The notes beneath the pieces were generated by a model, which saw only the letters and a program-made list of their open reading frames with translations, did no database searches and was not told where the DNA came from. The translations under genes were made by a program, and so were the position numbers. Below are positions 38,584 to 49,700 of a stretch of DNA of 64,000 nucleotides, in pieces. This stretch comes from Minisyncoccia bacterium (GTDB lineage Bacteria; Patescibacteriota; Minisyncoccia; Phycocordibacterales; DATDWN01). The stretch's first letter is position 1. Every line of letters starts with the position of its first letter. The stretch covers positions 459-64,458 of the forward strand of contig JBAQUS010000011.1 in assembly GCA_049297675.1 (NCBI GenBank), read 5' to 3'.

Positions 38584-39684
38584 TTATTTATTCATAGGCA
38601 TCACAAGATAAAGAAAGGAATTATCGTTAACACCTTTTATAACTAGAGGTTTATTAGTGTCTGAAAAGTACATTGTTATGCTTTCAGAATTAATAGACTG
38701 GAAACAGTCTATTATGTATTTATAGTTAAAGCTTATAGTTAGACTGTCTCCCTTTATAACAGAATCTATATTGTTTACATTTTCCCCTATATCCATGTTT
38801 TTTGTGGTTATTCTTAATTTCTTTTCTTTAGGTAAAATATTAAAAACAACTTGACTAAACTTATCAGAAAAAATATTTGATATTTTTAAACTTGAAATAA
38901 GATCTTGTTTAAGTAGTGTAACCTCAGTTTTTGGTTCTTTAGGAATAATTTGTTTGTAGTCAGGAAAAACCCCATCTATTATTCTTGAAGTTATATATAA
39001 ATCGTTATATGTGAATGATATTTGGTTTTCGTTAAGTGTAATATTTATATCCTCTTTTATATCATCTAGTACTCTTATTATTTCGGAAACATTTTTTTGA
39101 GGAATTAGAATCTGGCTAAAATCCTTGTGTTTTTTTATTGCTATTTTTTTTTCAGATAATCTAAATGAATCTGTGGCCACAAAAACAATATTCTCATCCT
39201 CTGATAAAACAAGGATACTCGATAAAACTGGTCTTATAGTTGAGATGGATGAGCTGTATACTACAGACTTAAAACCTTTTATTAGTAACTGAGTATTGAA
39301 TGAAAAAGATTTACCGTCGGAAATTTTTGGAATATTTGGAAAATCATCAATAAGAAACGTTTTGATAATAGACTCAGAATTTTTTGTTGATATTTTCAAA
39401 TTTCCTTTAACTTCCTCTAAATTTATATTTTTATCAGTGGTTGGATTAGATAAAAAATTATTTAGTATAGACCCAGAAACTGCTATCTTTCCTGGTTTAA
39501 TAACTTTTACTGGTATTGAAACTTCAATTCCTAGATCAAGATTTGTTGATTTTATTGTTAAAAGAGAATCATGAGCATCTAATAAAACACAACTAAGAAT
39601 AGGTAAGCTAACATTTTTGGTAGTTATTTTTTCCGCTTTAGATATCGCGTAAACCAATTTTTCTTTAACACATTCAATATTCAT
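38584..39684 (-). CDS. dnaN: DNA polymerase III beta sliding clamp
   Basis: 366 aa. N-terminal pattern typical of DnaN. Immediately downstream of dnaA. Confidence 0.8.
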   Translation of the reverse strand: MNIECVKEKLVYAISKAEKITTKNVSLPILSCVLLDAHDSLLTIKSTNLDLGIEVSIPVKVIKPGKIAVSGSILNNFLSNPTTDKNINLEEVKGNLKISTKNSESIIKTFLIDDFPNIPKISDGKSFSFNTQLLIKGFKSVVYSSSISTIRPVLSSILVLSEDENIVFVATDSFRLSEKKIAIKKHKDFSQILIPQKNVSEIIRVLDDIKEDINITLNENQISFTYNDLYITSRIIDGVFPDYKQIIPKEPKTEVTLLKQDLISSLKISNIFSDKFSQVVFNILPKEKKLRITTKNMDIGENVNNIDSVIKGDSLTISFNYKYIIDCFQSINSESITMYFSDTNKPLVIKGVNDNSFLYLVMPMNK

Positions 39685-39888
39685 AATATTTAATTTATTT
39701 TAAAGTAATTACTATTATATATGCATATACTGTGTATAATTACAAAATATCCTTGTTTGTAGCTGTATTATTATAAAATCAATTGTTAACAACTTTGTAT
39801 ATTATTCTTTAATAATTAATTATCAAGTCCTTATTAACAATTAATAATATACTTTAAACATACTTCTCTACACACTATACACATTTCA
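39685..39888. promoter_or_regulatory. AT-rich dnaA-dnaN intergenic region with DnaA-box-like 9-mers; candidate oriC component
   Basis: cTATACACA (8/9 to TTATACACA) near 39870 and tTATCCttg. AT content above 75%. Confidence 0.3.
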
Positions 39889-41241
39889 TTAAATAAATAT
39901 AGAGCGCAGTTGATTTATTTCTTGTATTAAAACTTCATCCATTTTCATATCATTTTTTATTTTTTCACAAGAATGCATAACAGTTGTATGATCTCTTCCA
40001 CCCAGCCTTTCCCCAATTGCTGGGTATGAAATACTAAAATCTTCCCTTAAGATATACATAATTATTTGTCTTGGTTTTATAACTTCCTTTTTTCTTGTTT
40101 TATCGTAAATAAGTTGTTCTTCTATATTATAAAAATCCGCCACAGTTTTTACTACCTCTTTAGTCGAAACAAGTTTTTTTGGTTTGGTGTTATTTTTAAC
40201 AAAATTTTTAACTTCTGTTAAGGAAAGTTCTCTACCTTTAAGTTCAGATTGGCAAGTGATAGAGTTTATTATTCCTTCAAGTTCTCTTATATTTCCATTA
40301 ATTGAGTATGCTAGGTAATCCACAGTATCTTTTGTTAATGGATATAGGGCTTGTGCAGACTTATGCTTAATAATTGCTGCTCTAGATTCGTTATCTGGTG
40401 TAGGAATATCAACTATCATTCCCTGACTAAATCTGGATTTTAGTCTTTCCTCTAAATCCTGAATGAGCCCAGGATGTTTGTCTGAAGAAAATATTATTTG
40501 TTTGTTGTTTTCGTATAGATGGTTAAAAAGATGAAAAATTTCCTCTTGAATTTTCATTTTTCCTGAGAAAAATTGAATATCGTCCATTATGAGCACATCG
40601 TATTTTCTATACTTTTCCTTGAAAAAATTTGGCTTATTGGCTTGTATTGCATTCACATATTCTTGGCTAAACTTTTCCGAGGTAGTGTAAAAAACTTTTT
40701 TACTTCCTGTATTTTTAAGATAGTTTCCAACAGCTTGTATAAGATGTGTTTTTCCGTGACCCGTTCCACCATATATAAACAAAGGATTATAGACTATTCC
40801 CGGTTTTTTGATGACGGCCTGACTGGCTGCATAAGCGAACTCGTTAAATGGTCCGACTATAAATGATTCAAACGTGTATCTTGGATTAAGATTATCTTCT
40901 TTGTTTATATATGTGTCAGCAATAGGGAGCTCACGAGTTGCTTGGGGTATGGATTTTTGGGTTTCCTGTCTTTCTTTCATCTCTTCCTTACTGATTACAT
41001 AATGAAGAGATTGGACATTACCAGATATATTTCTGAGAGTCTTAAGAATAAGGTTGTGAAACTTGCTACCCAACCAGTCTTGGACAAATGTGTTTGGTAC
41101 CCCAAGATAAACAGCTCCATTTTCTTGTCTAATAATCACTGTGTCTTTAAACCAGGTGTTGAAATTAGGTTTAGATAGACTCAATTCCATTTCCACTAAT
41201 ACACCGTCCCAGAGTTTTTTGTTATCCAACATGGGATACAT
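39889..41241 (-). CDS. dnaA: Chromosomal replication initiator DnaA
   Basis: AAA+ Walker A GGTGHGKTHL. C-terminal DNA-binding helix (HTTVMHSCEKI). Confidence 0.9.
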   Translation of the reverse strand: MYPMLDNKKLWDGVLVEMELSLSKPNFNTWFKDTVIIRQENGAVYLGVPNTFVQDWLGSKFHNLILKTLRNISGNVQSLHYVISKEEMKERQETQKSIPQATRELPIADTYINKEDNLNPRYTFESFIVGPFNEFAYAASQAVIKKPGIVYNPLFIYGGTGHGKTHLIQAVGNYLKNTGSKKVFYTTSEKFSQEYVNAIQANKPNFFKEKYRKYDVLIMDDIQFFSGKMKIQEEIFHLFNHLYENNKQIIFSSDKHPGLIQDLEERLKSRFSQGMIVDIPTPDNESRAAIIKHKSAQALYPLTKDTVDYLAYSINGNIRELEGIINSITCQSELKGRELSLTEVKNFVKNNTKPKKLVSTKEVVKTVADFYNIEEQLIYDKTRKKEVIKPRQIIMYILREDFSISYPAIGERLGGRDHTTVMHSCEKIKNDMKMDEVLIQEINQLRSIFI

Positions 41242-41337
41242 TATATAGCATCAAAAAAAATCGGATACTTGTTAAAAATATCGTTTTATGTTAGTAATAT
41301 GTTAATAAAGTGTGAACAAGAAAGTTCATCAATTAAC

Positions 41338-41393
41338 AAAGTTTATAAAGTCTTATACAAACACTTTACAAACTTTTACTTTTCAACTATACA
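41338..41393 (+). promoter_or_regulatory. rpmH promoter carrying the conserved AAAGTTTATAAAGT-N4-TACAAA module
   Basis: Same motif and spacing as upstream of genes at 51158 and 51690 (minus strand). Confidence 0.4.
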
Positions 41394-41531
41394 ATGTCTA
41401 AAACATACAAACCAAAAAAAAGAAAAAGAGCAAAAAGTCATGGCTTTTTAGTTAGGAGTAAGTCAAAGACTGGAAGAAATACTATTTTAAGAAGACGAAG
41501 AAAAGGTAGAGCTAAACTGAGCACAGTCTAG
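41394..41531 (+). CDS. rpmH: 50S ribosomal protein L34
   Basis: MSKTYKPKKRKRAKSHGFLVRSKSKTGRNTILRRRRKGRAKLSTV. 45 aa, below the track's length cutoff. Confidence 0.85.
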   Translation: MSKTYKPKKRKRAKSHGFLVRSKSKTGRNTILRRRRKGRAKLSTV

Positions 41532-41611
41532 TGAGTTGTAAAGTTTGTAAAGTGAATCCCAACAATAACTTTGTAAACTCGATAACTTTACAAACTTTAT
41601 TAGCTACAATC

Positions 41612-41950
41612 ATGCTCCCCAAAAAAAATAGAGTGTCAAAGATGGAATTTGGGGAAATATTTAAGGGTGGTAAAAGGTATAACTCCGAGCATTTTCTGCT
41701 CTATTTGGCTAAAAATAAGGACAAATTACAAAAATTTTCATTTTCAGTTTCTAAGAAAGTTTGTCCAAAAGCGGTTCAAAGGAATAAACTGAGACGTAGG
41801 GGATATTCAGCTATATCAAAAATAGTTAAGAGTATGATAGATGGCAACTCTGGACTGTTTGTTATTAAGAAAAACTTCAGTAAAATGAGTTTCAAGGCCT
41901 TAGAAGAAGAAATTACATCATTACTTTTGAAAGCAGGTGTGTTAATATAG
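41612..41950 (+). CDS. rnpA: RNase P protein component
   Basis: Basic N-terminus MLPKKNRVSK.. and conserved FSVSKKV..A..RNKLRR. The track start (41531, GTG) runs through the conserved motif region, so the start was moved to ATG 41612. Confidence 0.7.
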   Translation: MLPKKNRVSKMEFGEIFKGGKRYNSEHFLLYLAKNKDKLQKFSFSVSKKVCPKAVQRNKLRRRGYSAISKIVKSMIDGNSGLFVIKKNFSKMSFKALEEEITSLLLKAGVLI

Positions 41951-41955
41951 CTCTT

Positions 41956-42684
41956 ATGGTTTATATATTTAATTTGCTTATTGCCACACCTTTTTATAAT
42001 GGACTTGTTTTTCTTATAGGACTACTCCCTTATCTTGATGCCGGCATAATCATCATCATATTTACAATAATAGTCAAAATTATACTTCTTCCCCTATCGA
42101 TCAAGGCTTCAAAGTCCCAGATTGAGATGAAAAGTACAGAAAAGGATTTGCAGGTTTTGAAAGAAAAGTATAAAGAGAACAAAAACGAACTCAATGTAAA
42201 AACAATGGAATATTACAAGGAAAAGGGAATAAATCCTTTTGCTGGTATTCTTATCATCATTATTCAACTCCCTATTCTGATAGGACTTTACAGAGTCTTC
42301 CTAAAATCTGGATTGCCGGAAATTAACCAATCCCTTCTTTACTCGTTTGTCACAGCTCCAACTCTAGTTGACATGATGTTTCTTGGTTCCATAAATATAG
42401 CAGAAAAGAGCTTGTTTCTAGCTATAATTTCAGGATTAACAACCTATTTTCAGGTAGTCTATGCCACACAAACAAATCTCCCAGCGAGCGAGGGTAGCAC
42501 CCAAAACGAGCTAGCTAGAGCCATGTCCATGCAAATGAAGTACTTTTTTCCCCTACTTATGGCTTTTATTTCATACACCATCTCATCAGCTATAGCTCTC
42601 TATATTATAACAAGCAATATTTTTGCAATTTTCCAAGAAATCTATATTAGAAAGAAGTATCACAAGAGTGTTACAGTAGTGTGA
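41956..42684 (+). CDS. yidC: YidC/Oxa1-family membrane protein insertase (short form)
   Basis: Position after rpmH-rnpA. Multi-TM with conserved YidC core pattern. Confidence 0.7.
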   Translation: MVYIFNLLIATPFYNGLVFLIGLLPYLDAGIIIIIFTIIVKIILLPLSIKASKSQIEMKSTEKDLQVLKEKYKENKNELNVKTMEYYKEKGINPFAGILIIIIQLPILIGLYRVFLKSGLPEINQSLLYSFVTAPTLVDMMFLGSINIAEKSLFLAIISGLTTYFQVVYATQTNLPASEGSTQNELARAMSMQMKYFFPLLMAFISYTISSAIALYIITSNIFAIFQEIYIRKKYHKSVTVV

Positions 42685-42693
42685 AAGTACTGT

Positions 42694-42829
42694 GAATTAC
42701 GAAACTCGTCGAAAACACATGTTTTCTGGCGTATCTCGCAGGCCTGCAGAGGCCGAGAGTTAAGGAAAATTTTCAGCAGAAAATTATTCCGGCGACAGAA
42801 AATATGTGTTGAGCAAGAGTTTTGTAATT
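42694..42829. repeat. MITE-like palindromic repeat, copy B (inverted relative to copy A)
   Basis: gaattacgaaactcgtcgaaaacacatgttttctggcg .. cagaaaatatgtgttgagcaagagttttgtaattt. Core is near-identical to the rc of copy A. Confidence 0.6.
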
Positions 42830-42836
42830 TATCTTA

Positions 42837-44123
42837 CTATATACCTAAACCAGGTGTGGTTGTGCTGGTGGCAGTAGTTTTTGTTAGGTCCAAACTCCAG
42901 AGACTGTTGTCTATTTTGTTTATGAATATGAGGTATTGTTCGTTTTCCGAGAGAATAGGTTTTATAACGTCAATTTTCTCACCAGATTCGCTCTCCAAGT
43001 CCGATACAATCTCTGCATTACCATTTATGGTATCGAACGTATAAATCTCATCGTTAAAAGACACTAGACCCTTGTACCAAGATGTTAAACTATTGGCAAA
43101 TATAGCAGTTTTTGGTGTTGCGCAGAATAGTTTGTCTCTATTTTTCTTACTCCACACACACTTTTCAGGAAACGTCTCAGGAGAAATGACTTCAACAGTC
43201 TTGTCACTGTTTTTTAGAACTTTCATTGAAACACCAACATCTAATTCTGTATAAAGAATCTTTGATAGGTCACTGTTTACTATGGCCGTCAATCCTTTTA
43301 CATCACCGAGGATTTTTTTGACGGATCCGTTATCTGTGTCAACCAAATAAAGAAAACCAGAAATTCCTTGATGAGGTTTGGTGGTCAATGCTACGGTTCT
43401 ATTATTTACAAACTGGGAGTTAAATTCCTTTATATCAGAATTCCAAACCTGTTTTTTTCTTGTTCCTTCAAAGTTTGAAGTAAATCCGGACGAAGAGTAA
43501 ATATCTTCTACTAAATAAAAGACATTTTCTCCAAAAACAGAAACATCAGAAACATTTTCAGGGAAAATTACTCCAGAAGTGGTATTTATTGTCGTCGTGC
43601 TAATCGATTTTATATTGAGGGAGTATGTGCTTATTGTTTGGTTGTCATCTTCAAGGTATCTGGCCATAAGATAATTAGGGTTACTTCCCCATATGGCTTC
43701 ATAAGAGAGTGGGATAGTGGTGTTTGAGATTCTGGCCACCTTAGGCGAGAAAGTTTCGACCTCATAAATGTGTCCTGTGGCTTTTTCGATGTATCTGATG
43801 ACGGTGCCGACTCTGTTGTCGCTTGTGCCGGCCCCAGAGACTGGTTCACTTGAGATTTTTCGCAGTCTTTTTGTAAAAGTTTCAGGTTGTGGCAATTGCT
43901 CTGTGGTCTCACTTACTTGACCGTTTTCACTTCCATCCCCACTACCCGTTGTACCAGACTGATCCTCTTCACCTCCTCTGTCTCCAAAAGGGAAAAAGGA
44001 AAAACCAGTTCTTGTCCCGTCTTCACCCACAGTGTTATTTCTTGTCAAAAAGTAGTAGCCCAAAAGAGCCAGAAGAAAGAGGGATAAAACAACTATAAGT
44101 ATTATAAAAATTTTTCTAGACAT
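42837..44123 (-). CDS. Secreted/membrane-anchored hypothetical protein
   Basis: N-terminal TM (MSRKIFIILIVVLSLFLLALLGYYFL) followed by a Gly/Ser/Thr-rich linker. Confidence 0.5.
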   Translation of the reverse strand: MSRKIFIILIVVLSLFLLALLGYYFLTRNNTVGEDGTRTGFSFFPFGDRGGEEDQSGTTGSGDGSENGQVSETTEQLPQPETFTKRLRKISSEPVSGAGTSDNRVGTVIRYIEKATGHIYEVETFSPKVARISNTTIPLSYEAIWGSNPNYLMARYLEDDNQTISTYSLNIKSISTTTINTTSGVIFPENVSDVSVFGENVFYLVEDIYSSSGFTSNFEGTRKKQVWNSDIKEFNSQFVNNRTVALTTKPHQGISGFLYLVDTDNGSVKKILGDVKGLTAIVNSDLSKILYTELDVGVSMKVLKNSDKTVEVISPETFPEKCVWSKKNRDKLFCATPKTAIFANSLTSWYKGLVSFNDEIYTFDTINGNAEIVSDLESESGEKIDVIKPILSENEQYLIFINKIDNSLWSLDLTKTTATSTTTPGLGI

Positions 44124-44124
44124 T

Positions 44125-45039
44125 TTACCAAGTTACATGCCAATGTTCACCGCTTGAGTGAGTATAAGCCCCTGCTCTCTCGAATGTCGCAGTTGCGCCT
44201 GTAGGTAATCTGACAGTAAGTTTGTTGGTAGGATTACTAGCCTTAGGTTCAATAGTAGCAAGATATGATCTAAATGCTGCTGTGTTACCCAAATCAACTA
44301 TATTAGCTCCAGGACCGTGGTCCAAATGACCACCTTCTGCTCCACCTGTTATGGTAATCAAACAGTCTTGCTTTATTTTATTTAAGCATGTCTGACTTAT
44401 CGATTTAAGTGATGTAACCACATTTGGAGGCAATCCAATGACATTGGTACAACCTCGAGTTGATCCTGTATCACAAGGTCCAGCATTAACATAAACCCTA
44501 CCAGGTGAAGTGGCAAGTGCATCTCTTATGGTGTTATTTATTGCTACCTGCTCTGGGGTCAAAGAATATCCCGCTAAAGTCCCATCTGGATTGCGAGCTC
44601 CAGTGTATGTGCCTGCCGCTCCCACCACTACACCAGCCGGTGGAGTGGCAGTTGGTGGTCTTTTCATAACCAAATCAATTGCAAGTATACCTGGGTCAAT
44701 TGTGTAAAGAATAGCATAAGCGCCAATAACCAGAAGTAAACCTACCACTGCGTTTGTTAAGTATTCTCTACCTTGCTGTTTTTGGGTTATAGCGTCAGCT
44801 GTAGCGTACATTATTCCTCCAAAGGTAATCATGACAAAGGCCAAGACAGCAGAGGCCCCAATAGCTAGTCTGAACGCTGCAGGAATATAAGTAGTAAGAG
44901 TAGTTTGTTGTGCACCGATTCCTGGTAATGATGGGACTAAGAGTTGGTAAGGCTGTGCTTGAGCGTGAGTCAATGTGGCTAAAGAGAACAAAAATATTGA
45001 TAGAGCCAAAAATTTTGTAAATTTGTTTTTCATATTCAT
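44125..45039 (-). CDS. Signal-peptide protein with VirB2/TrbC pilin-like hydrophobic core and a C-terminal extra domain; GC-rich
   Basis: Signal peptide, then two hydrophobic helices (AAFRLAIGASAVLAFVMITFGGIMYATADAI .. AVVGLLLVIGAYAILY). Assignment by architecture only. Confidence 0.35.
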   Translation of the reverse strand: MNMKNKFTKFLALSIFLFSLATLTHAQAQPYQLLVPSLPGIGAQQTTLTTYIPAAFRLAIGASAVLAFVMITFGGIMYATADAITQKQQGREYLTNAVVGLLLVIGAYAILYTIDPGILAIDLVMKRPPTATPPAGVVVGAAGTYTGARNPDGTLAGYSLTPEQVAINNTIRDALATSPGRVYVNAGPCDTGSTRGCTNVIGLPPNVVTSLKSISQTCLNKIKQDCLITITGGAEGGHLDHGPGANIVDLGNTAAFRSYLATIEPKASNPTNKLTVRLPTGATATFERAGAYTHSSGEHWHVTW

Positions 45040-45042
45040 ATA

Positions 45043-46062
45043 TTAAAATATTGGATTAGATAAACTTATTTCTCCAAATTTCAGGTTAAATTTGGTTGAG
45101 GCGTACTGGAGAATTTTTTCAGTATTTTCGATTGAGAGAGAAATGTTTGCTGTGCCGGACACCCCCTCTTTTTGTCTAAATGTTTGAATGTTGCCAGAAC
45201 TTTCTGCTACCTGCACCCCGTTTATTGCCCATTTGTATAAAAGGTCAGATGAGAAACTATTTAACACTCCAAAATAATAAGGCATACCTATAACTACAAT
45301 TTCTTTAGAGTCCTTAAGTTCCACTTCTCCTGCTAAGGCTCTTTGAAGTTCTATCCCATAAAGTGGATTTTTTCTATAAAAAATAAGCTCAGGTTCCACA
45401 GGTGGCAGGTCAAATCTGGCGAAAGCTCGGAGACCCGGATTGTCAGGCGAGGTCACCTCCACGGTTATATTTTGCGATCTTGAGATGAGAGGGCCGTTAA
45501 ATGTGTAAATATTTTTTCCATAACCTGATGCCTCGCTTACAACATTCTCAGATTTTGACCACTTATATACCAGACTTTTAGGATTTATCTCAACTCCGTT
45601 TTCATTTGTCATATGCGGAAAAGCTATGATGCTTAATCTGTTTTCGTGGCTGAACATTCTCTTACCTTTGTAAAATGGTGGCACAAAACTTTCCGATTGC
45701 CAGATAAGGTCAACATCGGATGGTTTTATATTAATCTTTTTCCTCTCTACGCTTCCATTATTGAAAACAACAATTATTTCAAGAGTTGTTGTTTGACTGA
45801 TACCACCTACGGTAAAACTGAAGTTTTTTATTCCCTTGCCCGAGGCTTCTGTTCTGCCGTTTACTTGCCAAGTGATTGTGGAGGAATCAAGATCTTTTAT
45901 ATAGTTTGTTAAAGTTACTCTAACCGTTTGATAAGCTCTAGGGCTTAAAGGAATCACCTCCATATTAACGCTATTGTTAATCTGTTCCAATCCTTGCGAA
46001 TGAGCCTTATAAAAAGGCAGGAGAGATAATATTAGAGCTAGAAGAAAAAAATACTTCTTCAT
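45043..46062 (-). CDS. Secreted beta-rich hypothetical protein
   Basis: Signal peptide MKKYFFLLALILSLLPFYKAHS. Confidence 0.5.
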   Translation of the reverse strand: MKKYFFLLALILSLLPFYKAHSQGLEQINNSVNMEVIPLSPRAYQTVRVTLTNYIKDLDSSTITWQVNGRTEASGKGIKNFSFTVGGISQTTTLEIIVVFNNGSVERKKINIKPSDVDLIWQSESFVPPFYKGKRMFSHENRLSIIAFPHMTNENGVEINPKSLVYKWSKSENVVSEASGYGKNIYTFNGPLISRSQNITVEVTSPDNPGLRAFARFDLPPVEPELIFYRKNPLYGIELQRALAGEVELKDSKEIVVIGMPYYFGVLNSFSSDLLYKWAINGVQVAESSGNIQTFRQKEGVSGTANISLSIENTEKILQYASTKFNLKFGEISLSNPIF

Positions 46063-46124
46063 TGGAATAATTATATCACAAAATTACGATAGAGAAATTA
46101 ACTGTACACATTTTCATCAATTTA

Positions 46125-46568
46125 TTAGGCATCGTCAACTAGAGGCACATTTGGAGTATAATTTCTATCTTTATTCATATTCCTAATTTTGGTTCCGGCT
46201 ACTACTGCTCCTTTTGCAAGTGTTGGATGTTTCTGTGCCAACTCTTTTATTTTAGTTGTGCCTATTAAATAAACCACAACTCCTGTCCATGCTGGTAAAA
46301 GATTCAAATAAGGAACCATTTCAACCAATCCTCCTGCAACCATTGAACCAAGTCTTTTAGGAGTTATCATTTTTATCCCGTTAAACCAAAACCACACCAA
46401 AAAAGTTAGAAAAATCCCTATACTAAGAAGATCTGCCAGAAAATTTCCAGCAATAGGTATCCAGCCAATTAGAGCCTGAAGAGCATCAAAAAATAGCGCT
46501 GTGCCAATCATCAAAATAGCTGTGCTGTCCTTTATCTGAGTCTCTTTCATCTGTTCATTATACCACAA
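46125..46568 (-). CDS. Small polytopic membrane protein
   Basis: 3-4 predicted TM helices. 147 aa. Confidence 0.5.
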   Translation of the reverse strand: MWYNEQMKETQIKDSTAILMIGTALFFDALQALIGWIPIAGNFLADLLSIGIFLTFLVWFWFNGIKMITPKRLGSMVAGGLVEMVPYLNLLPAWTGVVVYLIGTTKIKELAQKHPTLAKGAVVAGTKIRNMNKDRNYTPNVPLVDDA

Positions 46569-46576
46569 TTTCTTTA

Positions 46577-46709
46577 AATTACGAAACTCGTCGCAGGTGT
46601 AGCTTTTTTAGAGACTCTCGGAGTCGGGTAGACGAGAGTGAGCGCAAAATTCAGCAGAATTTTGACGCGTGCTCTAAAAAAGCTATATCAAGAAAGAGTT
46701 TTGTAATTT
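46577..46709. repeat. MITE-like repeat, diverged copy D
   Basis: Ends aaattacgaaactcgtcg .. aagagttttgtaattt. Palindromic interior (tgtagcttttttagag .. ctctaaaaaagctat). Shares the aaaattcagcagaattttg core segment. Confidence 0.5.
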
Positions 46710-46714
46710 AACTT

Positions 46715-49700
46715 CTACCCATTCCTCTCCAGCTCCTCCTTTTTACTTTTGATTGCCAATATTTCCGATGGGTCGGATGTAATAATCTGCTCCTCTGTGT
46801 ATGAAGCGATTATTTTTATTGCCACATGCTTTAGTCCAGCGAAGAATATTCCCTCACCGACGTCTGACTCTAAAAGTAGATATTTTTCCTCATCTGTAAG
46901 GTTAAAGGTTTGCTGGAGTTTGTCCATAGAGGTTGGAGATTGCTTCAAAAGGACTTGTATGGAAGAGTTTGTAATAATCGGTACTCCATAAGGGGATTTC
47001 ATAAAATCGTCTACGTCTTGGGTTATTGTCGCCAGTCCCAAATAATATTTTCTGCCTCTTTTAGCAAGGGAGAGTAGAAAAGATGCTGTGTCCTCGGACT
47101 TCATCATCCACCAAGCCTCGTCTATAACTAGAAGTCTTTTCTTCAGCTTCTTTCTTATCATGTTCCAGATATAGTGCATGACAATATACATGGCGATGGG
47201 TTTCAATTCATCTTCCATGTCGCGAACGGAGAAGACAATGAACTTTTTGTTTATATCCACATTTGACGGCTTGTTTATAAAGCCAGCCCAGGTTCCGCGG
47301 GTGTATTTTGTAAGTCTTTGAGCAAGGGAATCCCCCCCTTCCATACCAGAGAGAACCAGCTCAAAGTCCGACATAAGTGGTGGTTCTATATTTTGAAAAT
47401 CCGAGTCTGGAGTAATGTCCTTTAGAGCATAGGTTTCTGTTATAGCTCTATCTATAATAGCGTCTTCCTCGGGAGTTATTCCCCCCATCATGATTCTGAA
47501 AAGCCCGACTAGGTTTATAATGTTTGACCTAAGTACGTTAGCAAAAGATTCTCCCTCTCCCGGCTGAGGAAGTTCAAAAGGATTTATGTGGTGTTCAGAG
47601 TTTAGAGAAATATTAAAGTATCTGCCTCCAACGGCTTCTGATAAATATTCGTATTCTTTTTCTGGGTCTATGACTATTACATCAACATCAAACATCAGAG
47701 TTCTAAGTATCTCTAGTTTAGTCATAAAGGAGTTATGAACAAACATACCTGAAGTTCCAGCAAGGAAAATTTCATTATCTACAGTTAAATCATAAACATA
47801 TTTTTCTGCATTGTTATTACGTTTTTCTATTGAGATAATAGGATCCCACATAAGGTCTGACTGAGCAAGTCTTCTAAGCATTTTTAGAATTCCTTCTATA
47901 TGAGGTAAATTAGCATATATGTTTCTATATGTTTCGCTTATAAATTTTGCCGAATCCAAAACCATTTCATAAGATGTTCTGTCGGGTAATTTTTTTCGAA
48001 AAGCACTACCCAATCCAGGATTTTGATCTATAATAGAACTGTCAAAATCTAAAAAGCTCTGGTGTATGCGTTTTGTAGCAACTAAAATTTCATTTCCGGT
48101 TTCTGTACCCAAGACTACTCGAGAAAGAATAATAATATTAGCAAGTCCAGGTTTTCCTTTACGTTTTTTCATCCAAGCCCAGCTTGATCCGAGCTCACTG
48201 TAGAGTCTATTATTAAACTCCTTGTTCGATTCACCTAAGTTTATGAGAGTTTCTATTTCAGGTAGTTCTGACATTAGTTTCATCGTCTTTTCTATTTTTT
48301 TAAAACGATTTATCCTTTCTTCCACACTTACCACAAGTTTGTAAAGCTCTTCTCTTCCTGGATTATACACCCCATGAGAGAGAGCAGAAAGATTTGGTAT
48401 GTTGTGCAGTTGACTATCAAAATAGACACGAAGTTCATTAATAAGCGACGCGACTGAAGGGATAATATCAACATTTGTATTATTTTGTTTGTCACATATT
48501 GACTTGAGGGCTTCCTGTTTTTGTGGTGTTGCAAAGCCTATCTTATCTCTAAAGATGGTGAGATTTTCTTGGCCAGATATACTAATTATCCAAAACAATC
48601 TTTTGCCACCAGTCTTTTTATATGTGATGGTTTTTTTGTGTAAACGAGCAACAATGCCAAAACCAAGCAACAGATAAGAAATTTCCGAAAGCAAATTTTT
48701 TGATTTTGATGTTGCAGTTACTCGTGAAGCATCAACACCCCCGTCTCCTTCAAAGTAAGCTCGAATATAAGCAGATATAACTTCCTTAGGAGAACCAAAG
48801 AGTATCTCCGGAACATGTTTTTTTGCTGATCTTCCACTGGCACCGATTGCATATATTAAGGCTACGAAAGGTCGATCGCTGATCACTATATCTTTTGGTG
48901 CTGGATAACAGAGTACACCTAAATTTTTACAAGCTTTTTGCACCACTGATCTTACTTTCTCATCAATATTACTTACTTGTATAGCATTTTGGTTTATGCA
49001 ACCTTCAGCACCAATATAACCCAGAAGTGTTCCGAAATCTTCATTAACTCTAAAAGTTGCGGGCAAACTTCCTCTGCCAGAACCAGACATGATTTTAAGA
49101 GAAGCAGATTCTCTTTCGGTTAGTTTTTTATCATATTTTTTCATCAGGGCATTAAAGAATTCTAGAGGAATTCGACGCCCCTTTTTATATAGAGGCAAAT
49201 AATGGTCATATCTAGGATTTATTGTTTCTCTTGAATATGCCTTGTGAACACTATTAACAATATTAGCTCCACCCACTACGTACATACGTTTTTGGTTTTT
49301 TAGAAGGTCAAAAAGATTAAGTTTTATCTGTGTATTTTGCGAAAAAGAAACTTCACGAGGTAATGGAATATATTCTCCATTTTTAACTTCAGTACTTTTT
49401 AAAACAACAACCTTTCCATCTCTTAAAACAAGCATATTATGGTCACCAGTTGTTGTTATCTCACGACCACTTTGAGTTTGAAAACGGTAAAAAGTATTCG
49501 GAGCTTGTTTGCGTGCCGCAATAGTGACTTTACTCCACGAACCTTTAAGTTCACTATCAAAACTCCAAACTTCAAATCCTGGATCAATAGTCCCCTCCAT
49601 TTCTTTATCAATTTTGACCTTACCCTTCTCCTTAATTGTTTTTTCTATCAAACTGCCAATTTGTTTAAATTCAATCTGGCCATTTTTTCTAATAATGACA

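Noticed and set aside
41531-41611. GTG-initiated N-terminal extension of rnpA
   Set aside because: The extension translates the conserved promoter/leader motif region (MSCKVCKV..). The basic RnpA N-terminus starts at ATG 41612.
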